From positions 32,001 through 96,000 of the forward strand of contig CATQHZ020000001.1 in the NCBI GenBank assembly GCA_958296135.2: DNA of 64,000 bases. The letters run 5' to 3'. The notes beneath the pieces are model-generated. The model saw nothing but the letters and a program-made list of their open reading frames with translations. It searched no databases and was not told the DNA's origin. Below, one piece after another: positions 39,648 through 48,899 of this stretch; within the stretch, counting starts at the first letter, position 1; the number at the start of each line of letters is the position of its first letter. The translations under genes were made by a program, and so were the position numbers. Source of the stretch: an uncultured Poribacteria bacterium (lineage in GTDB: Bacteria; Poribacteria; WGA-4E; WGA-3G).

Positions 39648-40256
39648 ATGCTAGCCAATAGCATCACCCTCTTGAGAGTCCTATTGACTTTCCTCGTCAT
39701 CTCGCTGTTCCAACGCAATGTCTATGTTGACATCATAATTCTCGGAACAATCGCCCTTATCTTCGCGCTGGATGCCGTTGACGGTTACGTGGCGCGCCAA
39801 CGGAACAAAACATCAGATATCGGTGCGATGCTTGATGTCGTCGGCGATAGGATTATTGAGAACACCTTCTGGATTTACTTTGCGGTTCACAAGATAATTC
39901 CGCTTTGGATTCCGGTGACAGTCCTGGCACGCAGCATCCTGACAGACAACGTGAAAAGTCACGCCATGAGGGACAACACCCGGCAGCTCTCCGCATGGGC
40001 GCGCGTCCTCACGCAGTCGCGCCTTTCAAGGGGCAGCTACGGATGCGCAAAGGCATTGACGTTTCTCTACCTTGGCGGCGTGATGTTCTTGAAACAGGCC
40101 AACGTCCCGTTTGGGCGTAGCCATCACTTTGAACTCGCGGGCGTGATTTTCTCCATTGTCACCGTCGCGATATGTCTCATTCGTGGGCTGCCTGTCGTGG
40201 TTGATGGCTGGCACTCTCTTAACTCAAATCAGAGCAACCCCTCAAATTTACCTTGA
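39648..40256 (+). CDS. CDP-alcohol phosphatidyltransferase
   Basis: ANSITLLR; DAVDGYVAR...GAMLDVVGD. Confidence 0.88.
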   Translation: MLANSITLLRVLLTFLVISLFQRNVYVDIIILGTIALIFALDAVDGYVARQRNKTSDIGAMLDVVGDRIIENTFWIYFAVHKIIPLWIPVTVLARSILTDNVKSHAMRDNTRQLSAWARVLTQSRLSRGSYGCAKALTFLYLGGVMFLKQANVPFGRSHHFELAGVIFSIVTVAICLIRGLPVVVDGWHSLNSNQSNPSNLP

Positions 40257-40323
40257 CATCCCGAATTGCATGTGTTAAACTATCTTCAAACTTAACTTTC
40301 TGGAAATCAGAAGGAGAATCAAA

Positions 40324-41082
40324 ATGAATTGCAGAAATACCGTAGTCTGTGTGCTCAGCCTGCTGTTGACTGCGCTTTGGTATGTCAACGCGGCGAATGC
40401 GCAAGACTTCGTAACTGACGGCCTCGTCGCCATGTATACCCTTAACGAGGCCGACATTGATGGCAAAGTCGTCAAGGATGCCCTCGGCAAGCAGGATGCC
40501 AAGATGATTGGCAAACTCAAGTCGGTTGAAGGACCGATGGGGGACGCGTTGGAGTTTGAAGGGGATGCCGAGAACTACGTTGAAATCCCCGCCCTCGGTG
40601 CGTTCGAGAAGGTGTCAATTGAGTGCTGGGCCCTGGAGGGCCAGTTTGGCGGCATCCAAGGTATCGTCTCAACGTGGCAGTGGGCGGCGGGCAAAGTCCA
40701 CTTCAAGTTTGAGGGCAACCAAATCCAGGTGCATAAAAACGACGGTGTCAAGATTAGCTTGAACGCCGAGACAGAAACCTGGTATCACATCATTTACACC
40801 AGCGATACCAAAGAGGATGAGCTCAAGCTCTACGTTGATGGCGAGTTGGTGGACGAAGGCACCGCCGGCGGCACGCCTGAAAACATGGACGAACGCCGCA
40901 TCGGTAGTGAACACGATGGCAGATTCCTGATCGGGATGATAGACAATGTCCGTATCTACGACAGGATTCTTGATGAAGACGAGGTGATGCAGAACTTTGA
41001 ATCCGAAAGCGATTCTTTGCCTGTGGAACCTGCCGGGAAACTCTCAACGACTTGGGGCTACCTCAAGGGCTTGAGAAACTGA
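40324..41082 (+). CDS. exported LamG/concanavalin-like protein
   Basis: Signal peptide; WYHI, LYVDG, GMIDNVRIYDR; C-terminal PVEPAGKLSTTWG. Confidence 0.85.
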   Translation: MNCRNTVVCVLSLLLTALWYVNAANAQDFVTDGLVAMYTLNEADIDGKVVKDALGKQDAKMIGKLKSVEGPMGDALEFEGDAENYVEIPALGAFEKVSIECWALEGQFGGIQGIVSTWQWAAGKVHFKFEGNQIQVHKNDGVKISLNAETETWYHIIYTSDTKEDELKLYVDGELVDEGTAGGTPENMDERRIGSEHDGRFLIGMIDNVRIYDRILDEDEVMQNFESESDSLPVEPAGKLSTTWGYLKGLRN

Positions 41083-41145
41083 TTTTCTGTCCGTTTGCCT
41101 CCGGTAGGCGCGCTTTCAAAGCGCGCCTACGAGGAACTCAAAACC

Positions 41146-42078
41146 ATGCCCTCAATTAAAAAGGCGATTATTCCTATTGCAGGCTACGGCACACGCCTCT
41201 TCCCCGCTACCAAAGCCGTGCCGAAAGCACTCTTTCCTATCATCGCACAAGATGGATTTGCCAAGCCAATTATCCAACTGATTATTGAGGAAGCATTAAC
41301 GGCGGGGATAGAAGAGGTGTGTCTCGTCGCGCAACCGCAGCAAGTGCAACCAATTGCCGACTATTTTTCCCGCACCGTTCCCGCTGCCATCCGAGAGAAA
41401 GCAGCATTGGCGATGGCGGCGGACAGGTTAGAGGAAATCGGCGAACGGTTGCACTTCGCTATTCAGGCTGAGCCGCAAGGATTCGGGCACGCCATCTATT
41501 GCGCCAAAGAATTCGCTGACGGTGAACCTGTCATGATTTTGCTCGGAGATCATCTCTATCTGTCAGATACGGATGCTTCGTGCGCGAAGCAGTTGGCAGA
41601 CATCTACGCGCAGGTAGGCACCTCCGTGACGAGTCTTGACGTTTGCGATGAAAGCGAACTTCATTTCAACGGAATTGTGCATGGGCATCAACGTGCGCGG
41701 TTACAAAGCGCGCCTACCGGCACCGCCAAGAATAGACTTTTCCGCTTAACCTACATCGCCGAAAAACCGACAGTAGACGTTGCGCGGGAAACACTGCGCG
41801 TTGAAGGGCTGCCGCCACAGCAATACCTCTGTAATTTCGGCATAGATCTGCTCACACCGCTCTTGTTTGACATCTTGGAGCACAACTACCGAAACAACAT
41901 TGTGACGCACGGCGAGATTCAACTGCGCGATGCAATGGCGGAGATAATCCGGCGCGAAGGGATGGACGGTTACCGCGTTGCGGGCCAGCGTTACGATACA
42001 GGCAATCCACAGGAATTGCTCAAAACGGTGCTTGCTTTTGGCAACCGCAGTCCTTATCGCGGGAGTATTTCGTCGTGA
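41146..42078 (+). CDS. GalU-like sugar-1-phosphate nucleotidyltransferase
   Basis: KAIIPIAGYGTRLFPATKAVPK, Q.EPQGFGHA, LLGD, GEIQL, RYDTG. Confidence 0.85.
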   Translation: MPSIKKAIIPIAGYGTRLFPATKAVPKALFPIIAQDGFAKPIIQLIIEEALTAGIEEVCLVAQPQQVQPIADYFSRTVPAAIREKAALAMAADRLEEIGERLHFAIQAEPQGFGHAIYCAKEFADGEPVMILLGDHLYLSDTDASCAKQLADIYAQVGTSVTSLDVCDESELHFNGIVHGHQRARLQSAPTGTAKNRLFRLTYIAEKPTVDVARETLRVEGLPPQQYLCNFGIDLLTPLLFDILEHNYRNNIVTHGEIQLRDAMAEIIRREGMDGYRVAGQRYDTGNPQELLKTVLAFGNRSPYRGSISS

Positions 42079-42105
42079 TGAGGGATTGCGCTCAGTAACT
42101 CGCGC

Positions 42106-42543
42106 CTACCGAGAAATCACGTCAATTCCGTGCCGTTTCAGCAGTGCCGCTGTCACCCCATCGCCTGTTGTCAGCGTGCCAGAGAATGTCCCGTCATAAA
42201 TGTGCCCACAGCCACAGGAGGGACTCCGCGCTTTCAGGATAACCCGCGTCGCGCCGTGCGATTGGGCAACGCGCAAAGTCTCGTGCGCGCCTCGCAGGTA
42301 TGCGTCTGTCACGTCCGCTCCTGCCGCTGTCATGACTTTTGCGGTGCCGGCGAGCACCGCCTCGCCATCGCCGCCGACAATTTCGGCTGGCGGCCGCGGT
42401 GTGGGCAAATCTCCCAATTCTTCCGGGCAGATTGAGATGAGCGGATCCGTTTCGTGCTGTTTTATCGCGGCAACGTCTCGGCTATGCTCACCGTCGTAAC
42501 GGCACCGAACACCGAGCAGGCACGCGCTAATAAGTGTCTTCAT
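42106..42543 (-). CDS. DUF523 / 2-thiouracil desulfurase family protein
   Basis: SACLLG..CRYDG, CPE, KARSPSCG. Confidence 0.88.
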   Translation of the reverse strand: MKTLISACLLGVRCRYDGEHSRDVAAIKQHETDPLISICPEELGDLPTPRPPAEIVGGDGEAVLAGTAKVMTAAGADVTDAYLRGAHETLRVAQSHGATRVILKARSPSCGCGHIYDGTFSGTLTTGDGVTAALLKRHGIDVISR

Positions 42544-42626
42544 GATGAACGCCCAATCCATTCAGGGCTGACAGCCCTAAAAAGAGATTCGGTTGCTAGA
42601 TAACCCCTACTCTTGTCCATCCTGCT

Positions 42627-43247
42627 TCAGACATCGTCTCTTGGTGCTTTTTCTTCTTTCCATGTATTGACTTGTTTCAGGATGCAGTCCGTTTTGCCTG
42701 ACTTCAGCAGCAGATACGTTTCCTCAAGCCGATGCAATATGGACTGCAGGAGCGCGCCGCGGCACACCTCTGAATCGGCGTTTGCGGCTATCCGCACCGA
42801 AGTCGCCGTAGCGCGCAGCTGCGGTGGAAACTCTTCTTCCGTGATATTTACGTTGACACCGAAGCCGAGCACAAAAAAGGGGTGACGTTGCCAGTCTGAC
42901 GCTAATTCGGTGAGGACACCGGCGATTTTCTTTTTTCCGATTCGGACATCGTTCGGCATTTTGATGCGCGTTTCTAGGCGCGTCTTCGCGTAAATCGCCT
43001 GCGCTATGCTGAGGGCCCCGATGAGATTCGGCAGCGCAATCTCATCGCGCAGCAACCGGTGCCTCAGGATAACCGAGGCAAGGATGCACTTGCCGCGCGG
43101 TGCCGTCCAATGCCTACCGTATCTGCCTCTGCCAGCGGTTTGGTATTCCGCGAGGATGAGCGTTCCCTCTGGCGCGCCAGCCTTCCCGCGTGCCAGAGCG
43201 ATGTCGTTTGTGGATGCGACTTCGGTGTGGCGTTCAATCTGAAACAA
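42627..43247 (-). CDS. birA: biotin protein ligase (no HTH domain)
   Basis: STN, QTAGRGR, KMPND, KKIAGVL, GFGVN. Confidence 0.88.
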   Translation of the reverse strand: MFQIERHTEVASTNDIALARGKAGAPEGTLILAEYQTAGRGRYGRHWTAPRGKCILASVILRHRLLRDEIALPNLIGALSIAQAIYAKTRLETRIKMPNDVRIGKKKIAGVLTELASDWQRHPFFVLGFGVNVNITEEEFPPQLRATATSVRIAANADSEVCRGALLQSILHRLEETYLLLKSGKTDCILKQVNTWKEEKAPRDDV

Positions 43248-43318
43248 CGTCTTTGTCCTCTTTGGCCCGTAGCGCGGGGGCCTGTCCTCCGCGAGCGTGG
43301 TGTGGCGAGTGACGGTAC

Positions 43319-46297
43319 CTACTCAATGCCGAGTTCACGGAGATGCTCATCTGCCTCTCGTTTCCACTGTTCCGGCGGGTTTAATGCCAAGAACCGTTTC
43401 CACTGCTCCCGCGCCTGTTCCCGTTTCTCCCGGTATTCATACATGAGCGCAAGGTTGTAGTTAGCCGTCAAGTTCCCCGGGTCCAGTTGGATAACGCGCT
43501 CAAACTGCTCCGTCGCTGCGCCGAGTAAATCCATGCTGAAGAGCGTATTGCCATAATTGAGCAGCGTCGGCACGTGCGATTCGTCTAAAGCGAGTGCCTT
43601 CTCCAATGTCTCTTTGGCGGCGTTGTAATCCAATGCATGCGCGTAGTAGAGCTCACCGAGGTTTTGATACGTCCCGATGGCTATGTCATCGGTTGCATCT
43701 TGAATCAGTGCCGCTTCCTTCTCATACTGCGCGATTGCACCTTTCCAATCCTGTTCCCATGCCGCAATTTTACCGAGGTGCAAATGCGCGCCCCGGTAGT
43801 TCGGGGAGAGCGACAGCACCTTTTCAAACGCCGCTTTCGCCAACCGGTGCCGGTCTATCTCCAAATAGATGACACCCACCGTGTAGTGTGCCTCCACGTT
43901 TCTCGGCTGCAGTTCTGCCACCTGCTTGAAATCCTCCAGAATCTGGCTGTAGCGATAGAGCGTTGCGCCAATCTGCTTGTAACGCAGTGTCAGCATGCCG
44001 CGATGGAAGTAGGCATCGACATAGCCTCCGTTGAGAGACAGCGTTGTGGTATATTCGGTCACGGCGAGTTCCGCGGGTTCATGATAGTCGTCCCCGAGGG
44101 TTTCTGCGTGTCTATCCAGCAAGCGCGCATACCGATAGTGCCACTCAAAGTTCTCCGGCGCGTAATGATTCGCTAATTTGTAGTGATGGAGAGCGCGCTC
44201 CCAAACATAGGGTTCGCGGGGGACAGGCTCCTGCGCTACGTTACCTATTTCTTGACCGGGAGGAGAGCCCGCCCGTTCCCGATTTTCTCCCCGGTTCTCA
44301 AAAATACCCGCGAGCAGATAGTGAAGTTCCGGATGGTTCGGCTCCAATTCTAATGCTGGCGGATAGACGCGGATGAGGTTTTCTTCGTCGTTGCGTTTGC
44401 GATAGATGGCACCGAGTCGGAAAAACGGTTCAGCGTTAGTCTTGTCGAGAGCAATGGTGTTTTCATACTGCGCAATGGCGTTGTCAATATCGCCTTTCTG
44501 TTCAAATAGGATGCCGGCTTGGTAGTGCGCGGTGACATTATCGGGTGTCACGCGTGTGGTTTCAAGAAAGGCTGCCAATGCTGCATCGGGTTGATTGAGT
44601 GCCAGATACGCCTGTGCAGAGATATAGTGTGCTTCGGCGTTATCGGGTTCCATCGCAATGATTTGCTTTAAGGCCTCCACAACTTCCCCATGCGCGCCAG
44701 CTTCACGGTAAATGTGAACCATCTTAAAAATCACATCGGGCCGCGCTGCGTCCAATGCCAGCGTCCGTTTGTAAAAGTGGAGTGCCTGCTTAGTATCGCC
44801 GAGTGCCTCGTAGCTCTGGCCGAGCAGATAGGTGGCGGCGATGTCCTCGGGGAAAAGCAAGAGGTGCGTATTGAGCGGCTCAATCGCATGGGGATAGTCT
44901 GCATCGTCAAACGCGTGCTGTCCCTGTTCGATGAACATGTCCGCCACTGCCGGATTTAATTCGATGGCACGTTGGAAGTAGGTGCTTGCTGTCTCCGCAT
45001 CCCCTTGTCGGTGGTGGAGTTCGCCGAGTTTGAGGTAAACGTCGTTGAAATGTCCTACCGGCAGTTCCATCTCTAGATACCGAGGTTCCGCCGCTATGAT
45101 TTCAAGCGTTTTCTCATAGTACGCGATGGCCCCTTCAATGTTCCCCGTGTCCGCTTCAAGGATGCCTGCGTAAAAGGAGACGCGCGCATCATCCGGTAGC
45201 ACAGCCCTCGCTTTGTCTAAGATTTCTGTCATTCGCGAGGCGTTCGGCGCGCGTTTTTCGTTTGATGACGTTGTCAAGCCTGGCATCCCTGTCTCGCCTT
45301 CAAAATAGGGCCGCAGCGGCTCAAAAAAAGCGTTCTCCAGACTGGGCATCAGCGCGAGTGCCAGCCGATAGTGATGGACAGCCGTCGCCGTATCGCCTTC
45401 CGCATAGAGCAGGGCGGCGAGGGAAAAATGGATAGGCGCGTTTTCTTTTTCAATTTCCAAGGCGCGTTGATAGAGTTGTATCGCGCCGGATGCATTGCCG
45501 CCATCCCTGAAGATATTGGCGAGTTCCGCAACTGTTTGTGCCGAATAGGGCTGATATTTCGCGCCTTTCGCATATTCTTCCAGGGCCGCGGCAAAGAAAC
45601 CTTCGGTGGCAAGCACCTGTCCGAGCTTGAAATAGGCGGGTGCGAATTTCTTTTTCTGCTGGATAAGTTTCTCGAACGCCTCCCGCGCGCCGTTCGTATC
45701 GCCTTCGGCGAACGCGACTAAGCCGAGTCCATAGCGCGGGTATTCCCACTTCCGGTTTAACTGGTGCGCTGTCTCAAACGCCGTGCGCGCTTCAGCGGTG
45801 TTCCCCGCTTTCAGGTGAATCTCGCCGATGCGGTAGTAGACAGGATAGTAGTTCGGATTGAGTTGGAGGCACGCCTCAAATTGCGCGAGGGCATAGGCGT
45901 TCTCGTTTTGCTGCTGATAGACACCGCCGAGGTTAAAGCGCGCCCAAAACAGCCCCGGGTCTAGCTCCAGGGCGCGGTGAAAAGCGGTGACGGCCGTCGC
46001 CAGTCCCGTGTCGGTGCCGTGCAGCGCGTGCGCGTAGCCGAGGCCGTAAAAGAAAGCCGCGTCTGTTTCGCGACGCGCTTTTTCTTCGAGATACAGCGTC
46101 CGGACTGCTGCCAGATGTCCCCGTTTTTCCCATTTGATGGTAAAGTCGCGATGTTTTTCGGTTGGTTTTTTCTTCTCGCGCAGCACCTTCGCGAAGTCCT
46201 TTTGCATATCGGTGTGCCATTTCTCTGCGGCGAGCCCTGGCATCACGAGCGTGAGAAGGAGTAGCGATGCCAAAAGCCAGCTCTGTGTGATTTTCAC
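43319..46297 (-). CDS. large exported tetratricopeptide-repeat protein
   Basis: Many TPR units; GTG start after GGAGG SD; signal peptide. Confidence 0.85.
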   Translation of the reverse strand: MKITQSWLLASLLLLTLVMPGLAAEKWHTDMQKDFAKVLREKKKPTEKHRDFTIKWEKRGHLAAVRTLYLEEKARRETDAAFFYGLGYAHALHGTDTGLATAVTAFHRALELDPGLFWARFNLGGVYQQQNENAYALAQFEACLQLNPNYYPVYYRIGEIHLKAGNTAEARTAFETAHQLNRKWEYPRYGLGLVAFAEGDTNGAREAFEKLIQQKKKFAPAYFKLGQVLATEGFFAAALEEYAKGAKYQPYSAQTVAELANIFRDGGNASGAIQLYQRALEIEKENAPIHFSLAALLYAEGDTATAVHHYRLALALMPSLENAFFEPLRPYFEGETGMPGLTTSSNEKRAPNASRMTEILDKARAVLPDDARVSFYAGILEADTGNIEGAIAYYEKTLEIIAAEPRYLEMELPVGHFNDVYLKLGELHHRQGDAETASTYFQRAIELNPAVADMFIEQGQHAFDDADYPHAIEPLNTHLLLFPEDIAATYLLGQSYEALGDTKQALHFYKRTLALDAARPDVIFKMVHIYREAGAHGEVVEALKQIIAMEPDNAEAHYISAQAYLALNQPDAALAAFLETTRVTPDNVTAHYQAGILFEQKGDIDNAIAQYENTIALDKTNAEPFFRLGAIYRKRNDEENLIRVYPPALELEPNHPELHYLLAGIFENRGENRERAGSPPGQEIGNVAQEPVPREPYVWERALHHYKLANHYAPENFEWHYRYARLLDRHAETLGDDYHEPAELAVTEYTTTLSLNGGYVDAYFHRGMLTLRYKQIGATLYRYSQILEDFKQVAELQPRNVEAHYTVGVIYLEIDRHRLAKAAFEKVLSLSPNYRGAHLHLGKIAAWEQDWKGAIAQYEKEAALIQDATDDIAIGTYQNLGELYYAHALDYNAAKETLEKALALDESHVPTLLNYGNTLFSMDLLGAATEQFERVIQLDPGNLTANYNLALMYEYREKREQAREQWKRFLALNPPEQWKREADEHLRELGIE
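45222..45288 (-). repeat. shortened dispersed repeat, copy C, in frame within the TPR gene
   Basis: ggcTTGACAACGTCAtc...ccgaacgcctcgcgaatgacagaaa, translated as GLTTSSNEKRAPNASRMTE. Confidence 0.6.
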
Positions 46298-46514
46298 GGT
46301 TTTTTCCTCCGAGTCAGTTTTTGGTTGTTTGCGATAGGATAAGGTGGCGTGCATTGTCCGCAAAAGCACACCGCGTTCCGAAATGAATCAATATAGTTCC
46401 CGAACAGAGCAAGTTCAAATGAAGGTTCAAAATAATTGGGTAATTTTTCGCAGGGGTGCTGGCTTAGCATGGGGACTGAGCGACGGTTGCAGAAATAACC
46501 CAAATTAGCATCAG

Positions 46515-46608
46515 AAACGTAGGCATTGACAACGTCGATGACGGTTCTACGTCAACACACGTGATTGCACCAATCACCCTAACCGAACGTATTGCGACGA
46601 ATAAAAAG
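46515..46608 (+). repeat. dispersed repeat, copy D (intergenic)
   Basis: aaacgtaggcaTTGACAACGTCGAtgac...ccgaacgtattgcgacgaataaaaa. Confidence 0.72.
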
Positions 46609-46610
46609 CC

Positions 46611-48899
46611 TCATTGAACGAAAAGAAAAGCGCGCGAGGTGATGAGTGCCCAAAGCAGGTCTTCGCTTCCCTCACGCCGCGTTGGACTGTCCGCAAGGTA
46701 GGCTGTCGCCGTGGCGAGTTCCGCCGCTGTCGGAAAGCGGGACAAGGTGCGGAGATACAGTTCCGTGATGAGTTCCCGATTCTCGCGGTGTGTTTTCAAC
46801 AGGCGAGTGAGGGCTCCGTCCCGATGACGCAACTTTTTCTGCACATAAGGTGCGTTGATGAGATGGAGGGCCTGCGTCAGCGTCGGTTCCAGTTTCGAGG
46901 ATAAGTCACCCAGGAACTCCCGCTCGGAACGGCCAAACAGCGACAAGAAGCGTGAACTGACAGGCAGAGGCAGTTGCACAGTGCGCGTGCCCATCGGATA
47001 CCGTCCATATTTTTCCTGTGTGCCAGTTACGTCGTTGAGCACATCAAGCAGGGTGTGCGCGTTCATCGGGCGTGGGAAGAACCGCGAGAAGAACCTGTCA
47101 TCCAATTCATTCGTCTCGTTCGGCACGGCGGAGAGTTGATACATTCGCGAATTGAGGATTTGCCGGATGACATGCTTCGGACTGAACCCGCTTTCCACAA
47201 AATCAGCGGCGAGTGCTTCGAGGAGCCCCTCCACACTTGGCGGCGTTGTGGCGCGCATGTCGTCTACGGGTTCAACGATGCCCCTGCCGAAGTAGTAGCT
47301 CCAGATGCGATTGACAGTGGCTCTAGCGAAGTAAGGGTTCGTACCCGAGGTCAGCCACTCGGCGAGGCGTTGTAGCACATCGCCTTGATAGTTTGCAGGC
47401 AACGTTGCACCAGCGAGGAACGTCGGCTGCGCGACTTCACCGCGGTTGCCCTGCACGGACTGATTGATGACGCGTCCCGTCGGATTATAGTAGACAACCT
47501 GTTCGTTGTAGAGTTCACCCGCGCGGGTGCCGACTTTTCCAGTGAAGGCGGCGAAGTTCCAATAATCGTCGGTTGTCCATCTATCAAACGGGTGTTTGTG
47601 ACATCGCGCGCAGCTAAGCCGGATACCGAGGAACACTTGTGCCGTCGTCTCGGCTCTGCCAGCGGGTTGCCGCTCGATGCGGTAGTAGTTAGTCGCTCCG
47701 TGTTGATAAGTGCTGCCCCGCGCCGTGATGAGTTCCCGAACGACTGCATCGTAAGGTTTATTCTGCGCGACGGTGTCGCGCACCCACTCGTGAAAGAGCG
47801 TCGCGCCGCGTTCGCCGAACGCGCCGTTGCCCAAGTCGCGGGGATGGATGCGTAGCATATCGGCGAGTGCCAAGGTGCGGACATCCACCCATGCGGACGT
47901 ATCAAGGAGTTTGTCGATGCACCGGGCGCGCTTGTCCGGGTGTGTATCGGCAAGAAACGCGCGGACTTCTTCCGGTGTCGGTAATCTACCGACGGTATCC
48001 TGATAGAGCCGGCGCAAAAACTCGGTATCGGTGGCGAGAACCGAGGGCTGAACGTTCAGTTTCTTCAGTTTCGTGAAGACCAGCTCGTCGATATAATTGA
48101 CAGGCGTTGGAAAGTCTGCATCGGATACGATTGCCTCGCGGGGCAGCGTGATGAACGCCGCGGTTACCACGCCGAGGTAGCGCGCGAGGATGGCGGTGCC
48201 GCCCCAGCGGAGCCGGGCGACTTCCCCAGTTGCGTTGACTTCTGCGATGGCCGGGTCCTTCGATTCATAGACAACTTGCGCGGTGACATCTTCGACGGAG
48301 CCGTCTGTCCAGTGCGCGAGCACTTTCAGGGATGCAGTTTCTGTCGGCGATGTCAGCACCACCTCGCTCGGGTGGATTTCCAGTTTCGCGAGGCGCGGTG
48401 CGTCGGCAGGAAACGGCGCGCCGGCTCGTATCCAGCGCAGCATCGTTAACGCCTCATCAGAACCGGGCTCAAACCGCACGCCGCCTTCGTGCGGCACCTG
48501 TCCGGTCGGCTTGAGGAGGAAGAGGCTCCGTGCCGGTTCGAGCAGGTTGACACGTCTGCCGCGGTTGTGATGGACAATCGGTTCGTAATCGGATTCAGGG
48601 TTAAGCGTGAGCAGGGAGAGGTTGAACCCGCCTTGCCCACCGAATTTGCCGTGACACATGCCGGCGGAGCACCCCTGTTTATCCAAAATCGGGGCGATGT
48701 CTCTGAGGAACTGTGGCGTTTCACCGGTGATGTTGGCGTGCGCGGATGCCAGCGTCACAGTGAACAGCAAGAGAACGGAAGCCACAAACTTAGCCCTCGG
48801 AACGTAGCCATTGACACCGTCGATAACGGCCCTGGGAAGACACCTTTGAAATGACCAGGGTTGCTGTGCGAACGCGTTGCGAAATACAGAGAATTTCAT
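46611..48899 (-). CDS. DUF1549/DUF1553 planctomycete-type protein with an Ig-like domain
   Basis: GCSAGMCHG, FLRR, CARCHKHPFDRW, NPYFARA.VNR.W, EDLLWAL. Confidence 0.88.
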   Translation of the reverse strand: MKFSVFRNAFAQQPWSFQRCLPRAVIDGVNGYVPRAKFVASVLLLFTVTLASAHANITGETPQFLRDIAPILDKQGCSAGMCHGKFGGQGGFNLSLLTLNPESDYEPIVHHNRGRRVNLLEPARSLFLLKPTGQVPHEGGVRFEPGSDEALTMLRWIRAGAPFPADAPRLAKLEIHPSEVVLTSPTETASLKVLAHWTDGSVEDVTAQVVYESKDPAIAEVNATGEVARLRWGGTAILARYLGVVTAAFITLPREAIVSDADFPTPVNYIDELVFTKLKKLNVQPSVLATDTEFLRRLYQDTVGRLPTPEEVRAFLADTHPDKRARCIDKLLDTSAWVDVRTLALADMLRIHPRDLGNGAFGERGATLFHEWVRDTVAQNKPYDAVVRELITARGSTYQHGATNYYRIERQPAGRAETTAQVFLGIRLSCARCHKHPFDRWTTDDYWNFAAFTGKVGTRAGELYNEQVVYYNPTGRVINQSVQGNRGEVAQPTFLAGATLPANYQGDVLQRLAEWLTSGTNPYFARATVNRIWSYYFGRGIVEPVDDMRATTPPSVEGLLEALAADFVESGFSPKHVIRQILNSRMYQLSAVPNETNELDDRFFSRFFPRPMNAHTLLDVLNDVTGTQEKYGRYPMGTRTVQLPLPVSSRFLSLFGRSEREFLGDLSSKLEPTLTQALHLINAPYVQKKLRHRDGALTRLLKTHRENRELITELYLRTLSRFPTAAELATATAYLADSPTRREGSEDLLWALITSRAFLFVQ
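48801..48896 (+). repeat. dispersed repeat, copy E, read antisense as the DUF1549 N-terminus
   Basis: aacgtagccaTTGACACCGTCGAtaacggccctgggaag...gcgaacgcgttgcgaaatacagagaa. Confidence 0.65.
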
